Origin: an uncultured Methanosarcinales archaeon
GTDB taxonomy: Archaea; Nanobdellota; Nanobdellia; Woesearchaeales; DATDXC01
Assembly (NCBI GenBank): GCA_964510025.1
Contig: CAZDZV010000001.1
Span: 229,399-277,358, forward strand
Reading direction: 5' to 3'
DNA length: 47,960 nucleotides
Shown piece after piece: positions 39,031-47,844 of this stretch (the first letter of the stretch is position 1; the number at the start of each line of letters is the position of its first letter). The translations under genes and the position numbers were made by a program. The notes below the pieces were generated by a model, which was given only the letters and a program-made list of their open reading frames with translations, searched no databases and was not told where the DNA came from.

Positions 39031-39340
39031 TTATCCCGCTGTCGTGAAGAGAATAACTCAGTAAGATCCCAATGACAAACAGGATTATCATCACATTCCT
39101 GTTTCCGTAGTATGCCCCCAAAAGATAGCCTATCAGGAAGCCGATTATCCAGAGATAGTAAGGAAACTGCAGCTTGTTTTTCCTCTCATAAAGCAGTCTT
39201 CCTCCCATCATGCCCCCACAAAATATCAGAGCATAGCTCAAAACAGCAGAAGGTGTAAGCAAGGAAAACAAGAAACCTATGATAAGCAGTATGAAAAAGA
39301 AAAGTTCTGCCCAGTTTCTCAGATAAAATTTTAGCGCCAT
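39011..39340 (-). CDS. Small hypothetical membrane protein (about 4 TM)
   Basis: Hydrophobic ORF from MALKFYLRNW (39340), 1 nt after the upstream stop. Confidence 0.7.
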   Translation of the reverse strand: MALKFYLRNWAELFFFILLIIGFLFSLLTPSAVLSYALIFCGGMMGGRLLYERKNKLQFPYYLWIIGFLIGYLLGAYYGNRNVMIILFVIGILLSYSLHDSGIIRDVRY

Positions 39341-39341
39341 C

Positions 39342-40115
39342 TTATGGATATGGCCCCCTCCAAAAGCCTTTCTCAAGGAAGATGTAGTACAATAGCCAGC
39401 CCACAAAGGCAAGGATGACAGAACCTATGAGCGCGATCCATACAGGGATATCTATCCACAGCAGGATTACAGCTGCCAGGACAAAAAAGAACCCAAGCGC
39501 ATATACCATCCTTGAGCCAAAGAACATCCTTGAGCCGTCCAATGGCGGGATAGGCAGCATGTTATAGAGAGCAAACAACAGATTGAAGGTTATGGCCTTC
39601 AGTATCAACGCGTTCACCACTACGCCGCTAAGGGCCTTGAAGATAACAGCTAGCAAAACATTTGACAAAGGGCCGGCCATAGATATCCAACCAGCCTCAT
39701 AGATGTTCACATCATACCTGAAATGGCCTAGCCTATGGCCGGCAAGATGCTGAAGCATTATGCCGCCAGCCAAAAGTATCCAGACAGGACGGCCCCATGC
39801 GGTGGAAACAAATACAATCATAACGCCAAAGATGAGGCCAAATGTCCATAAGTCGTATTCAGCCCTGTACCCCACCTGCAAGGCTGCGATTTTCTTGACT
39901 GAAAGATGGACTAGAAAGGACAGTGTTACCACAAGAACTGCATTGAATAGGCTTATAAGCCCATAGAACAGGTCAAACCGATCGCCAGGGCCCCATTCGC
40001 CAAACGATACTATAAAGGAAAGAACCGCTATCGTTATTATTATGCTTCTTATCTCTTTGGGCGTGAATTTGAAATATTTTTTTATATTGTCGAACAGGTC
40101 AATTAATTCTCCCAT
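39342..40115 (-). CDS. Site-2 protease (M50)-like membrane protein with degenerate HExxH
   Basis: ISMAGPLSN and NMLPIPPLDG are intact; the HExxH position reads HLSVK. Confidence 0.75.
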   Translation of the reverse strand: MGELIDLFDNIKKYFKFTPKEIRSIIITIAVLSFIVSFGEWGPGDRFDLFYGLISLFNAVLVVTLSFLVHLSVKKIAALQVGYRAEYDLWTFGLIFGVMIVFVSTAWGRPVWILLAGGIMLQHLAGHRLGHFRYDVNIYEAGWISMAGPLSNVLLAVIFKALSGVVVNALILKAITFNLLFALYNMLPIPPLDGSRMFFGSRMVYALGFFFVLAAVILLWIDIPVWIALIGSVILAFVGWLLYYIFLEKGFWRGPYP

Positions 40116-40155
40116 AACACTGATTTAGGGTTAGGAATATATAAAATTTTGTTTT

Positions 40156-40845
40156 TCAGATGTCTATAGAATTAATCCTAGCTTTTATTATCCCAATTAT
40201 TTCGTCCTCATGGCCAGCGCCCACTACGGCCATTATGGTCTGTTCTGGGTAATGCTTCATTATCCTTATAAGGTTCCTGGCCATTATCTCATTCCTTTCT
40301 GTCACCAGGATCCTGTAGATATTAGGGTACCTTTTTTTCACAATCCTCAACAGTTTCTTAATGAGCTTCTTTTCAGGCACTTTTGTAATATCGATGCTAA
40401 CCTCTTTTCTTCTTAGAACAAACGCCTTAAACAAATCTGCCAGAAAGTTCCATTTCTCTTTCCAGCTCAGGTATCTGGAGATCCTTTGCAAGGTTACTTC
40501 AATATCCTGGTCTATAAGCGCAATCTTTATCTTATTTTTTTTTGCTAAGCTGGCTGCTTTGACCATCTCTGAACCAGGCAAGACCCCAGCATGCTTACCT
40601 AGCTTATACTCTGCCCAGGCACCAATCAGCGAGAATATGAATCCGCGTATCCCTACCTTCCTGATTGCGTAGAGAGATATTCTTTTTTTCGGGCTGCTCT
40701 TGTCCAGGAGGGAAATATATCTTTTTTTATCCAGCTCCAGGGCAATGATGCCTGGATTGTGTTCTTTCATGGCCTTTTCTATCCGGTCCAGGCTTTCCTT
40801 AGCTATATGCGAGGTGCCTATAATTACGAGGTTTTTATAGTTCAT
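40156..40845 (-). CDS. TraB/PrgY-family protein
   Basis: IGTSHI, ALELD..R, PGSEM, LIDQDIEVTL, ERNEIMA, VVGAGH. Confidence 0.88.
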   Translation of the reverse strand: MNYKNLVIIGTSHIAKESLDRIEKAMKEHNPGIIALELDKKRYISLLDKSSPKKRISLYAIRKVGIRGFIFSLIGAWAEYKLGKHAGVLPGSEMVKAASLAKKNKIKIALIDQDIEVTLQRISRYLSWKEKWNFLADLFKAFVLRRKEVSIDITKVPEKKLIKKLLRIVKKRYPNIYRILVTERNEIMARNLIRIMKHYPEQTIMAVVGAGHEDEIIGIIKARINSIDI

Positions 40846-40922
40846 TCTTGAATGGTAATAATACCAAAAGCTTTATATAGTTATCTAGCTTAAATCTTTT
40901 TTAATTAATGGAGGGGATTACA

Positions 40923-41198
40923 ATGTTAAAGATGAAGAAAATATCTGAGACATATGACATGCGTGTTTTTACTGACAGTGGCGATTATTTTGGAGATATA
41001 GAAGAGATTATCCTTACACAGACAAAGGTTTTCGGCTGGAGGGTAAGGGCAACCAAAAATTCATTCTTAAGCAAGGTCTTAGGCTCTGCAAAAGGGGTCA
41101 TAGTTCCGCATCAGCTTGTAAAGTCTATCGGAGATATAATGATCATAAGCAAGGCAGCTGTTCCCAGCTACAGCGGTGAGGAATCAGCTGAGGAATAG
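40923..41198 (+). CDS. PRC-barrel domain protein (CdpB-like)
   Basis: VFTDSGDYFGDIEEI...VIVPHQLVKSIGDIMII. SD GGAGGGG before ATG 40923. Confidence 0.85.
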   Translation: MLKMKKISETYDMRVFTDSGDYFGDIEEIILTQTKVFGWRVRATKNSFLSKVLGSAKGVIVPHQLVKSIGDIMIISKAAVPSYSGEESAEE

Positions 41199-42413
41199 TC
41201 ATCTTATCTGTACCTTAGGGGCAAATACAGCGCAGAATACTTCCTTTCTATAAAATTTATCTATTTCTGTATAGGTGGCTACGGGCTTGCCTGTTCTAAC
41301 TTCTTCCTGCCTGTTCATAGGAACCTTAAAAACATAATATGCTGTCTCTGTCTCTGGGTTAATTACCACATGGGCCCTTTTCCTGCTGACTAGGGGCCTA
41401 GATTCTCTTTTTTGGAATACATAGCTTGGCCTGAAGCCTTGCCCGAAGATTTCCACTGTTTCTGGCCTTTCTGGCTCTATACTATGGCCAACGAAATCAT
41501 ACGGCACCTGCCTTTCCCTCCTCCATAGTTCTCTGATAACCGCCTCTTTTATTTTGTAACAATTTTCAGAAAAATCATCGATCAAAGGCATCATGCCAAA
41601 GAAGGCATCACCTCTCATAAGCATCCTTGAAGCTGCTGGACTCAAAATATTTTCATAAAAATCTGACATGCTGAAGCTTATCTCCCATAATGGCTGATGG
41701 TCAACATATCTTCTGACAAAGGCGTCCAGGACAAGCTCAGGATAGTCCCAAAGGTCTATCGGCATGAAGACCGGATCCCCCCTCTCAAGGCCTTTTATCG
41801 TCAAAGGCAAGCGGCCCAGGCTTTCATTAGACGCCCGGATAAGCCTCGCCATTGTGTGATAACATATTACTTCAGTTTCATAGTCACGAACCTTGCCCTT
41901 ATGCTCTCCTGAGTCCGGGCAGCAATGACCTATCCTGGCATGAGGATGCACAGCTCCACTTACCAGAAAGGGATTATGAAAAGAGCCGCTCCTTACTGTC
42001 GGCTCATCAAAGCGATGGCCTCTTCTTCTTCCTTTTATGCCCATGTTCAACTGGTCTTTTGGTGAGATCGAGCCCCTATAGCGGGGATCCTCTGGAAGAT
42101 AGGCAGCCATCCTTGTAAGATTTCTTGACCTAGCCGGTCTTCTGGTGTTGGGGTCAGTCATAAGAGCAGCATCCAAAGCAGTTATTCCTATCCTGCCCTG
42201 TCGTTCAACCCAGGAAGCGAACCTGTCTGCCGGAGCATCCATGTCTGCAAGATGATCCTTTGTCTCCTGCCTTGTCCATAGACCTAAGGATGCCTCTGCT
42301 GCCCTTTCAAGGTCAAAGACAAGATAACTGCCAAGGTCTCTGGGTTCTCTTTCTGTTTCTGTGGGGCCCCTTGCCCTGACAAAAAGCCCGTATAAAAAAG
42401 GCACCTGTTGCAT
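41199..42413 (-). CDS. Hypothetical protein with a possible SWIM-like Zn finger
   Basis: About 404-aa ORF with a TATA box (minus strand, 42436-43) 30 nt upstream of ATG 42413; contains HCCPD-x17-CYH. Confidence 0.7.
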   Translation of the reverse strand: MQQVPFLYGLFVRARGPTETEREPRDLGSYLVFDLERAAEASLGLWTRQETKDHLADMDAPADRFASWVERQGRIGITALDAALMTDPNTRRPARSRNLTRMAAYLPEDPRYRGSISPKDQLNMGIKGRRRGHRFDEPTVRSGSFHNPFLVSGAVHPHARIGHCCPDSGEHKGKVRDYETEVICYHTMARLIRASNESLGRLPLTIKGLERGDPVFMPIDLWDYPELVLDAFVRRYVDHQPLWEISFSMSDFYENILSPAASRMLMRGDAFFGMMPLIDDFSENCYKIKEAVIRELWRRERQVPYDFVGHSIEPERPETVEIFGQGFRPSYVFQKRESRPLVSRKRAHVVINPETETAYYVFKVPMNRQEEVRTGKPVATYTEIDKFYRKEVFCAVFAPKVQIR

Positions 42414-42489
42414 AACAGGGAAGAATTGTGGCAGATTTTTAAAGATTATCAAAAAGCTTTAAATTTCAGCGCATCTTAGCTGATTTCAT

Positions 42490-42612
42490 ACGGCAGTGAT
42501 CTAACGGCTATGATTCGAGCTTCCCATCTCTCCCAAGGAGCAAAGAATGCAATTTGCATTCGCTGAAATGTGGAAACAGCTCGCTATCCGGGTTCGAATC
42601 CCGGCTGCCGTA
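42490..42612 (+). tRNA. tRNA-Gly(CCC) with 51-nt intron (42527-42577) at position 37/38
   Basis: Acceptor ACGGCAG/CTGCCGT plus A73, anticodon stem CGAGC/GCTCG with loop TT-CCC-A|A, T arm CCGGG-TTCGAAT-CCCGG, upstream TTTAAA. CCA not encoded. Confidence 0.9.
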
Positions 42613-42655
42613 TTTTTCAAAACATATTTAAATAAAACAGCAAATTACATGCAAG

Positions 42656-43237
42656 ATGAGCTGGGGCCTGGTCACAGAGGTTAAGAGAAAGGCATTTCAC
42701 CTACTTATATTGCTTGTGATCGGCGGCTATGTCATGCTTGAGAATAATTTTTCCAAGCAGATAGCTCTGATGGCCCTTGTGGGGCTTCTTGTGTTTTTTC
42801 TGCTGGCAGAGTATTTCCGGCTTGAGCTGGGCTTGCAGGTGCCTTTCTTTGACCAGATAATCAGGCCCAAGGAAAGGGAAAGATATTACGGTGTCATCTA
42901 TTTCATTTCTGCAACCATAATAAGCCTGGCTGTTTTTGACTTTAATATCGCTCTGGCTGCATTGCTGATGACCACATTCGGGGACATGTCAGCAGCCCTG
43001 ATTGGGAAAAAATACGGAAAAACCATAGTCTTCAAGAACAAGACATTAACAGGGACGCTGTTTGAGCTGGCTGTCAATCTTGTAGTGGGATTTTTTGTCC
43101 TTACGAATGTCTACATAATAATAGCGATGGCTTTTGTGGCAACCTTTGTAGAGACTATAGTTGAGGAGCTTGACGACAATCTGCTCATACCGCTGTTTTC
43201 TGGATTCGCGGGCCAGATCCTGACTTTCTTCTTATGA
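42656..43237 (+). CDS. Polyprenol/dolichol/diacylglycerol kinase family (SEC59/DGK1/VTE5-like) membrane protein
   Basis: EVKRKAFH, FGDMSAALIGKKYG, NKTLTG, DDNLLIP. Confidence 0.85.
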   Translation: MSWGLVTEVKRKAFHLLILLVIGGYVMLENNFSKQIALMALVGLLVFFLLAEYFRLELGLQVPFFDQIIRPKERERYYGVIYFISATIISLAVFDFNIALAALLMTTFGDMSAALIGKKYGKTIVFKNKTLTGTLFELAVNLVVGFFVLTNVYIIIAMAFVATFVETIVEELDDNLLIPLFSGFAGQILTFFL

Positions 43238-43343
43238 ATTTGTACACAAAGACAGGGTACTGAACTTTTTATGCGCATAGCGCCTTGTTTTTAGTTGGGC
43301 CCCGTTGTCTTTGCTCTATACATCCTTTCAGGAATATTTCTGC

Positions 43344-43799
43344 CTATTTAAAATTTTCTTGTATATCTTTTTCATTCAATGGCTCCACCATATCGAACAT
43401 CGATTTGAGGCCCTTATGCAGGGAACCTTCATCACATATCTTTTTATGTGTGTAAGGGCATATGATCCATTTTTTATCAAGCGCGGAAAAAGGATTCACA
43501 GAGTATATTGTCAGGTTCTTGAAACCAACGAGCCTATCCCACCCATCTGAAATAGCCTTGAAATTAGCTTTTGTATTCAGGGTCACCAGGCCGTAGGATT
43601 TTGCAGGATCCAGCCTGTCCAGAACCTCAAGGCTTATCATAGGCTCCACGATAAAATATCTTTCATGGTCCTTGTAAGTGGCTATCAAATCAAATCCACC
43701 CTTGCCTTTTTCCAGAGAAACAAGGTTCCTGAAGACCGCATTTCTGCCATTGATGAAGTTTTCTGTCCATTCTACAAGATATGCTTTTGCCCTTTCCAT
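43344..43799 (-). CDS. Hypothetical protein
   Basis: ORF from MERAKAYL with an upstream TATA-like element; no recognised motif. Confidence 0.7.
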   Translation of the reverse strand: MERAKAYLVEWTENFINGRNAVFRNLVSLEKGKGGFDLIATYKDHERYFIVEPMISLEVLDRLDPAKSYGLVTLNTKANFKAISDGWDRLVGFKNLTIYSVNPFSALDKKWIICPYTHKKICDEGSLHKGLKSMFDMVEPLNEKDIQENFK

Positions 43800-43876
43800 A
43801 CAATGCAAGCTGCCAAATTAGTATATATAGTTTTCCATTGGTAAAATATTTAAATGGCAACATCTAGTATGGAGTA

Positions 43877-45697
43877 ATGAAAAAGATTTTGTGGGCAATA
43901 TTGCTGCTGCCGCTCGTAGCGGGGGATGCAATATTCAGCGGCAGCGTAGAGGATGATTCCAGCTTTTCAATTGGGGAATACAACTGCTCTGTTGACTACA
44001 AGGCATCCATTAACAAGCTTTATTTTTCAGTGGGCCAGAATGGCAGGATCCTGGTGCAAGGCGAATGCTCTGAAATAGACGAATTAAGGGTATGTTTTGA
44101 TGGCATAAATGTGGATGATGAGGATTTCTACGATGAGGCTGACGATGACGGTGTGGGCAGCAGGTCTATCACGGTCGATGTCACTGCCTATGCGCTCGTA
44201 CCCAGCGTCACCATATCAAGGAGCTTTTCTGATACAAGCGTCTATCTGGGGGAGGAGATAGATATCGAGACTACGATCAGTAATGGGGGCTATGATACTG
44301 CCCGGGCCATGGTGTTTACAGACAGCTTTCCAAATGCCTTCCAACTTAGCGGAGCTGATGTTGAAGGCAGTTCAGTGAAATGGAACGGCAATATTGTCGG
44401 TGAGAATTCAGAGACCATAAAGTACAAGCTGAAGTCTGTCAAACTGGCAAATTTTACATCTCAGGCTTCTTTGACATATGTCTTTGAAGGAAAAAGCAAG
44501 GATGTTGTGTCATCGGAGCAGCTGATTCAGGTACTGAAACCATACAGCGTGGAAACCACCATATCTAAGAAATCCCCTAAGCAGGGCGAAAACATAGTCT
44601 ACAATATCACAATTGAGAACAAAGGGGAAGACAACCTGAAAATTGAGGATATGCTGATTGAGCCCTCTGTGAATGTTGAGATAGTAGACTACAGCGGATT
44701 TGGCAACTACAGGCCATTAGACAACAAGATTTCTTACGGTGGCAGCATTGTCGGCGGCGAGAGCCAGACCCTTTCGATAACAGTACGCTCCAATCGTGTA
44801 GGCAGGCATTCTGTAAGAACAAAGGCCACTGCCAGCCAAGGCAGATTTGATTTCAATGAGGACATTACCGATGAGTTTGGAATAGGGGTTTCGGAGATTT
44901 ATGCTATAATAAATGTCACACCTGAGGTGGCGTCAGGCGAAGACCTGAAATTAAAGGTGTATCTGCTGAATACAGGAGCTGAAAAGATCGAAGATGTCAG
45001 CGTAGTAGCCCAAAGCCAGCTATTTGATGATCTGGAGGCCTTAAATAAAGATGTGGATGCTGATGAGAAACTGGAAGCTATCAGCAAAACGATAGTTGCC
45101 CCTGATGTGGATGGGGACAAGCATTATACTGTCAAGGTGACAGGCTCATACAAGAAGGAAAGCCAGACATTTACCTTTAAGGAGAATGCAGAGACTACGA
45201 TAAAACCAGGTGACAAAATAGTCGATGTGATATATGAACTGGATAAGGACGAATATGCGGCTGGAGATCAAGTAAATGTCGAGGTTTTTGTGCTGAACCT
45301 GGAGAATCAGGATCTATCCAAGGTGAGCCTCATAGAGATACTGCCAAACGAGATAAAATCCAGCTTAGAGGGACAGATCACAGCTGATATACCATTGGGG
45401 CCAAAGGAGAAAAAAAAGGCCTACTCATACAGCTTTATGATACCTGCGGTTTATGGCAGCGTTGAGCTAAAAGCAGTTGTAAACACCAGGATAGGGGATT
45501 CTCTAAAAAAGTATGAAGAGGTCAGGAGGATCGAGATTAAATCCGCCGGATTAAGCGAACCAATTATCAATCAATCCATGAATGATAGTGCCGAGATGTC
45601 GGAGAGTGCCGAGAAGCCAGAGCAGACATTTATCCAGAAAATCATAGATTTCTTTTTAAGCTTTTTTAGTCGTTCTCAACCCGAGGAGCAAGAATAA
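43877..45697 (+). CDS. Secreted acidic beta-rich surface protein with tandem Ig-like (DUF11/CARDB/S-layer-like) repeats
   Basis: Signal peptide MKKILWAILLLPLVAG. Repeats of G(E/D)x(I/V)x(I/V)xxx(I/V)xNxG. Amphipathic C-terminal FIQKIIDFFLSFF. Confidence 0.75.
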   Translation: MKKILWAILLLPLVAGDAIFSGSVEDDSSFSIGEYNCSVDYKASINKLYFSVGQNGRILVQGECSEIDELRVCFDGINVDDEDFYDEADDDGVGSRSITVDVTAYALVPSVTISRSFSDTSVYLGEEIDIETTISNGGYDTARAMVFTDSFPNAFQLSGADVEGSSVKWNGNIVGENSETIKYKLKSVKLANFTSQASLTYVFEGKSKDVVSSEQLIQVLKPYSVETTISKKSPKQGENIVYNITIENKGEDNLKIEDMLIEPSVNVEIVDYSGFGNYRPLDNKISYGGSIVGGESQTLSITVRSNRVGRHSVRTKATASQGRFDFNEDITDEFGIGVSEIYAIINVTPEVASGEDLKLKVYLLNTGAEKIEDVSVVAQSQLFDDLEALNKDVDADEKLEAISKTIVAPDVDGDKHYTVKVTGSYKKESQTFTFKENAETTIKPGDKIVDVIYELDKDEYAAGDQVNVEVFVLNLENQDLSKVSLIEILPNEIKSSLEGQITADIPLGPKEKKKAYSYSFMIPAVYGSVELKAVVNTRIGDSLKKYEEVRRIEIKSAGLSEPIINQSMNDSAEMSESAEKPEQTFIQKIIDFFLSFFSRSQPEEQE

Positions 45698-46412
45698 AGC
45701 TTAAGCTGACCTTATCAACTGTTGTATAGTCCAGCCTTAATGGATAGTCTTTGTTAAACCTTATTGCCACATTGTCAGACAGCTTTGATGCACCGATCAT
45801 CTTTTTCAGATACTCTATGCTGTATTTTGATTTGACCTTTCCAGAGCCTTCAACTTCGATTTTATTGCTGTCTGATTCTTTTATCTCTATTTTTGCTTGA
45901 GACAGATCCCCTTCTGCCAGTATATTAAGCTTTTTCGGCTCTGCTTCAAAGCTTACCGATTCTGCGACTATGTCAGCATCCTCAATGACCTCGTTCAGGA
46001 CCTTGGAAGGCATCTTAATAGAAACAGGAAACTTCAGGTCAGGTATCTTCTGTTCCTTGTCTTCCAGCTCTATGATCGGCAGATTGAAAGTCCTGGTGTT
46101 ATTCCCCTTAAGCTGTATCCTAAGCTTGTTTTCTTCTCCAAACTCAAGGGTGAGCATGTCGCTTGAGCTTGTACGCCGCAATATCTGCTTCAGGTTTCCA
46201 AGATTTATGGCAATCTCTACATCTTGCTTTATGTTATATTCTGTGAATATTGAACTAAGAAGCTTGAAGATGACCATAGCCACATTTGCAGGATCCATAG
46301 CCACCAGTTCTATACCTTCTTTTGTGACCTTAAATCGGGCTTCATTAACCAGGTCAGATATAATCGATACAGATTCCTTCAGGTAAGTCGGTTCAGCTAA
46401 AGTCAATTTCAT
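45666..46412 (-). CDS. pcn: DNA polymerase sliding clamp PCNA
   Basis: AMDPANVAM, KYSIEYL, DYPL, FILAPRVE. Start at ATG 46412. Confidence 0.96.
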   Translation of the reverse strand: MKLTLAEPTYLKESVSIISDLVNEARFKVTKEGIELVAMDPANVAMVIFKLLSSIFTEYNIKQDVEIAINLGNLKQILRRTSSSDMLTLEFGEENKLRIQLKGNNTRTFNLPIIELEDKEQKIPDLKFPVSIKMPSKVLNEVIEDADIVAESVSFEAEPKKLNILAEGDLSQAKIEIKESDSNKIEVEGSGKVKSKYSIEYLKKMIGASKLSDNVAIRFNKDYPLRLDYTTVDKVSLSFILAPRVEND

Positions 46413-46467
46413 GTTTTTCACACCCCATATTCAAGTAATATATACCTATTTATAATTTTTATGGTTT

Positions 46468-47799
46468 TTATAGCTGCAGCCTTTGCCCGTCATTTATCAG
46501 GTGCAGGGTTTTTCCTCTTTTGTATCCTTTCTCCACAGCCAGGGAGGCCAAGGCCTCTTTCATTTCCGGTTCACCGTGGGCAGGAATTATATGTTTAGGC
46601 CTGACAAGATTGATCAAATCACGCAAATCTTCCCTGGAAGCGTGGCCTGATTGATGTATGTCCTTGAATATCCTGATATGGTGCGACTCAAGCTGCCTCT
46701 CGAGCATATCCCTGTTTTCGATATTTACCTGGCTGGGTATGACTGTGCAAGAAAATATCATATGATCTTCCGGCTCAAAATTGAAAGGCAGCTCTTTTCT
46801 TACCATCTTTGACAATGTAGCTTTTTTCTCTCCCTGGTGCCCCGTAACGACCAGGAGATATTTCTCTTTGCCTTTTTTGTAGATCTCATTCAGCTTCTTC
46901 CTGATCTTGCTGCCGTATTTCACTATTTCAACATCCTTGGAAAAATTAACCAAGCCGATTTTCTCAGCTGCGAGGCTGTATTTCGCCAGGCTTCTGCCCA
47001 GGAAGACTATCTTTCTGTTTATCTTTTTCCCAAACTCTATTATAGACTTCAGCCTTGCGAGATGAGAGGAAAATGTTGTTATGATTACACCCTTTCCCTT
47101 TGAGTTTGTTCCTATCAGGACATCCCTCAACATCTCTTTTGCCACTATTTCACTGGGGGTCTTCATGGCCTTGCCTGCCCTTGTAGAGTCACAGATTAAA
47201 GCCATGGTCCCCTTATCCCCCAATTCCTCAAGCCGTTTATAGTTGGGCTTTCTTCCGATCAGCGGATGATTATCGAACTTGAAGTCATTTGCGTATATGA
47301 TAATCCCTTGTCTTGTATGCAAAGCCACCATTACGGTCTGGGGCACGGAGTGGGTGGTATTTATGAATTCAATCTTCAGGTTATCTGAAACAGTATATAC
47401 AGAGTTAACGTTCAGAGTCTTTATGGGATTTTCAATCTTCATCTCCTGGTCTTTCAGGAGCACGTCGATTACCTCTCTTGTAAAAGGGGTGCATAGTATC
47501 GGCGCATCATAGCTGTTAGCCAAGAACATTATTGCGCCCACATGATCCAAATGGGCGTGGGTCGGCACTATGGCCTTGACCTTATCCCTCCAGTCGCTGA
47601 TTATCTTATCGTTAGGTATGGCTCCAACCTTTCTGAGCTGAGCGGTGTTTATTTCAACAATATCCTCTTCGTCTGTATACCTTATGTAGGGATCAAGATG
47701 CAGGCCCATGTCCAGAATAACAACATCTTCATCAACCTTTACCGCAGTCATATTTTTACCTATCTCATTATAACCGCCTATTCCACATATTTCTATCAT
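46468..47799 (-). CDS. rnj: Ribonuclease J (beta-CASP)
   Basis: GGYNEIGKNMT, THAHLDHVG, HSVP, DFKFD, TGHQGE, HQSGHA, PAHG. True start is ATG 47799, with a TATA box about 30 nt upstream. Confidence 0.94.
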   Translation of the reverse strand: MIEICGIGGYNEIGKNMTAVKVDEDVVILDMGLHLDPYIRYTDEEDIVEINTAQLRKVGAIPNDKIISDWRDKVKAIVPTHAHLDHVGAIMFLANSYDAPILCTPFTREVIDVLLKDQEMKIENPIKTLNVNSVYTVSDNLKIEFINTTHSVPQTVMVALHTRQGIIIYANDFKFDNHPLIGRKPNYKRLEELGDKGTMALICDSTRAGKAMKTPSEIVAKEMLRDVLIGTNSKGKGVIITTFSSHLARLKSIIEFGKKINRKIVFLGRSLAKYSLAAEKIGLVNFSKDVEIVKYGSKIRKKLNEIYKKGKEKYLLVVTGHQGEKKATLSKMVRKELPFNFEPEDHMIFSCTVIPSQVNIENRDMLERQLESHHIRIFKDIHQSGHASREDLRDLINLVRPKHIIPAHGEPEMKEALASLAVEKGYKRGKTLHLINDGQRLQL

Positions 47800-47844
47800 C
47801 TTAGGGCTTATTTCCTTATCAGGTTTATATAACTTATGGAAGAA

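Noticed and set aside
41199..42612. Integrated element at tRNA-Gly
   Set aside because: No integrase and no duplicated tRNA end (att) was noticed; the flanking genes look like housekeeping genes.
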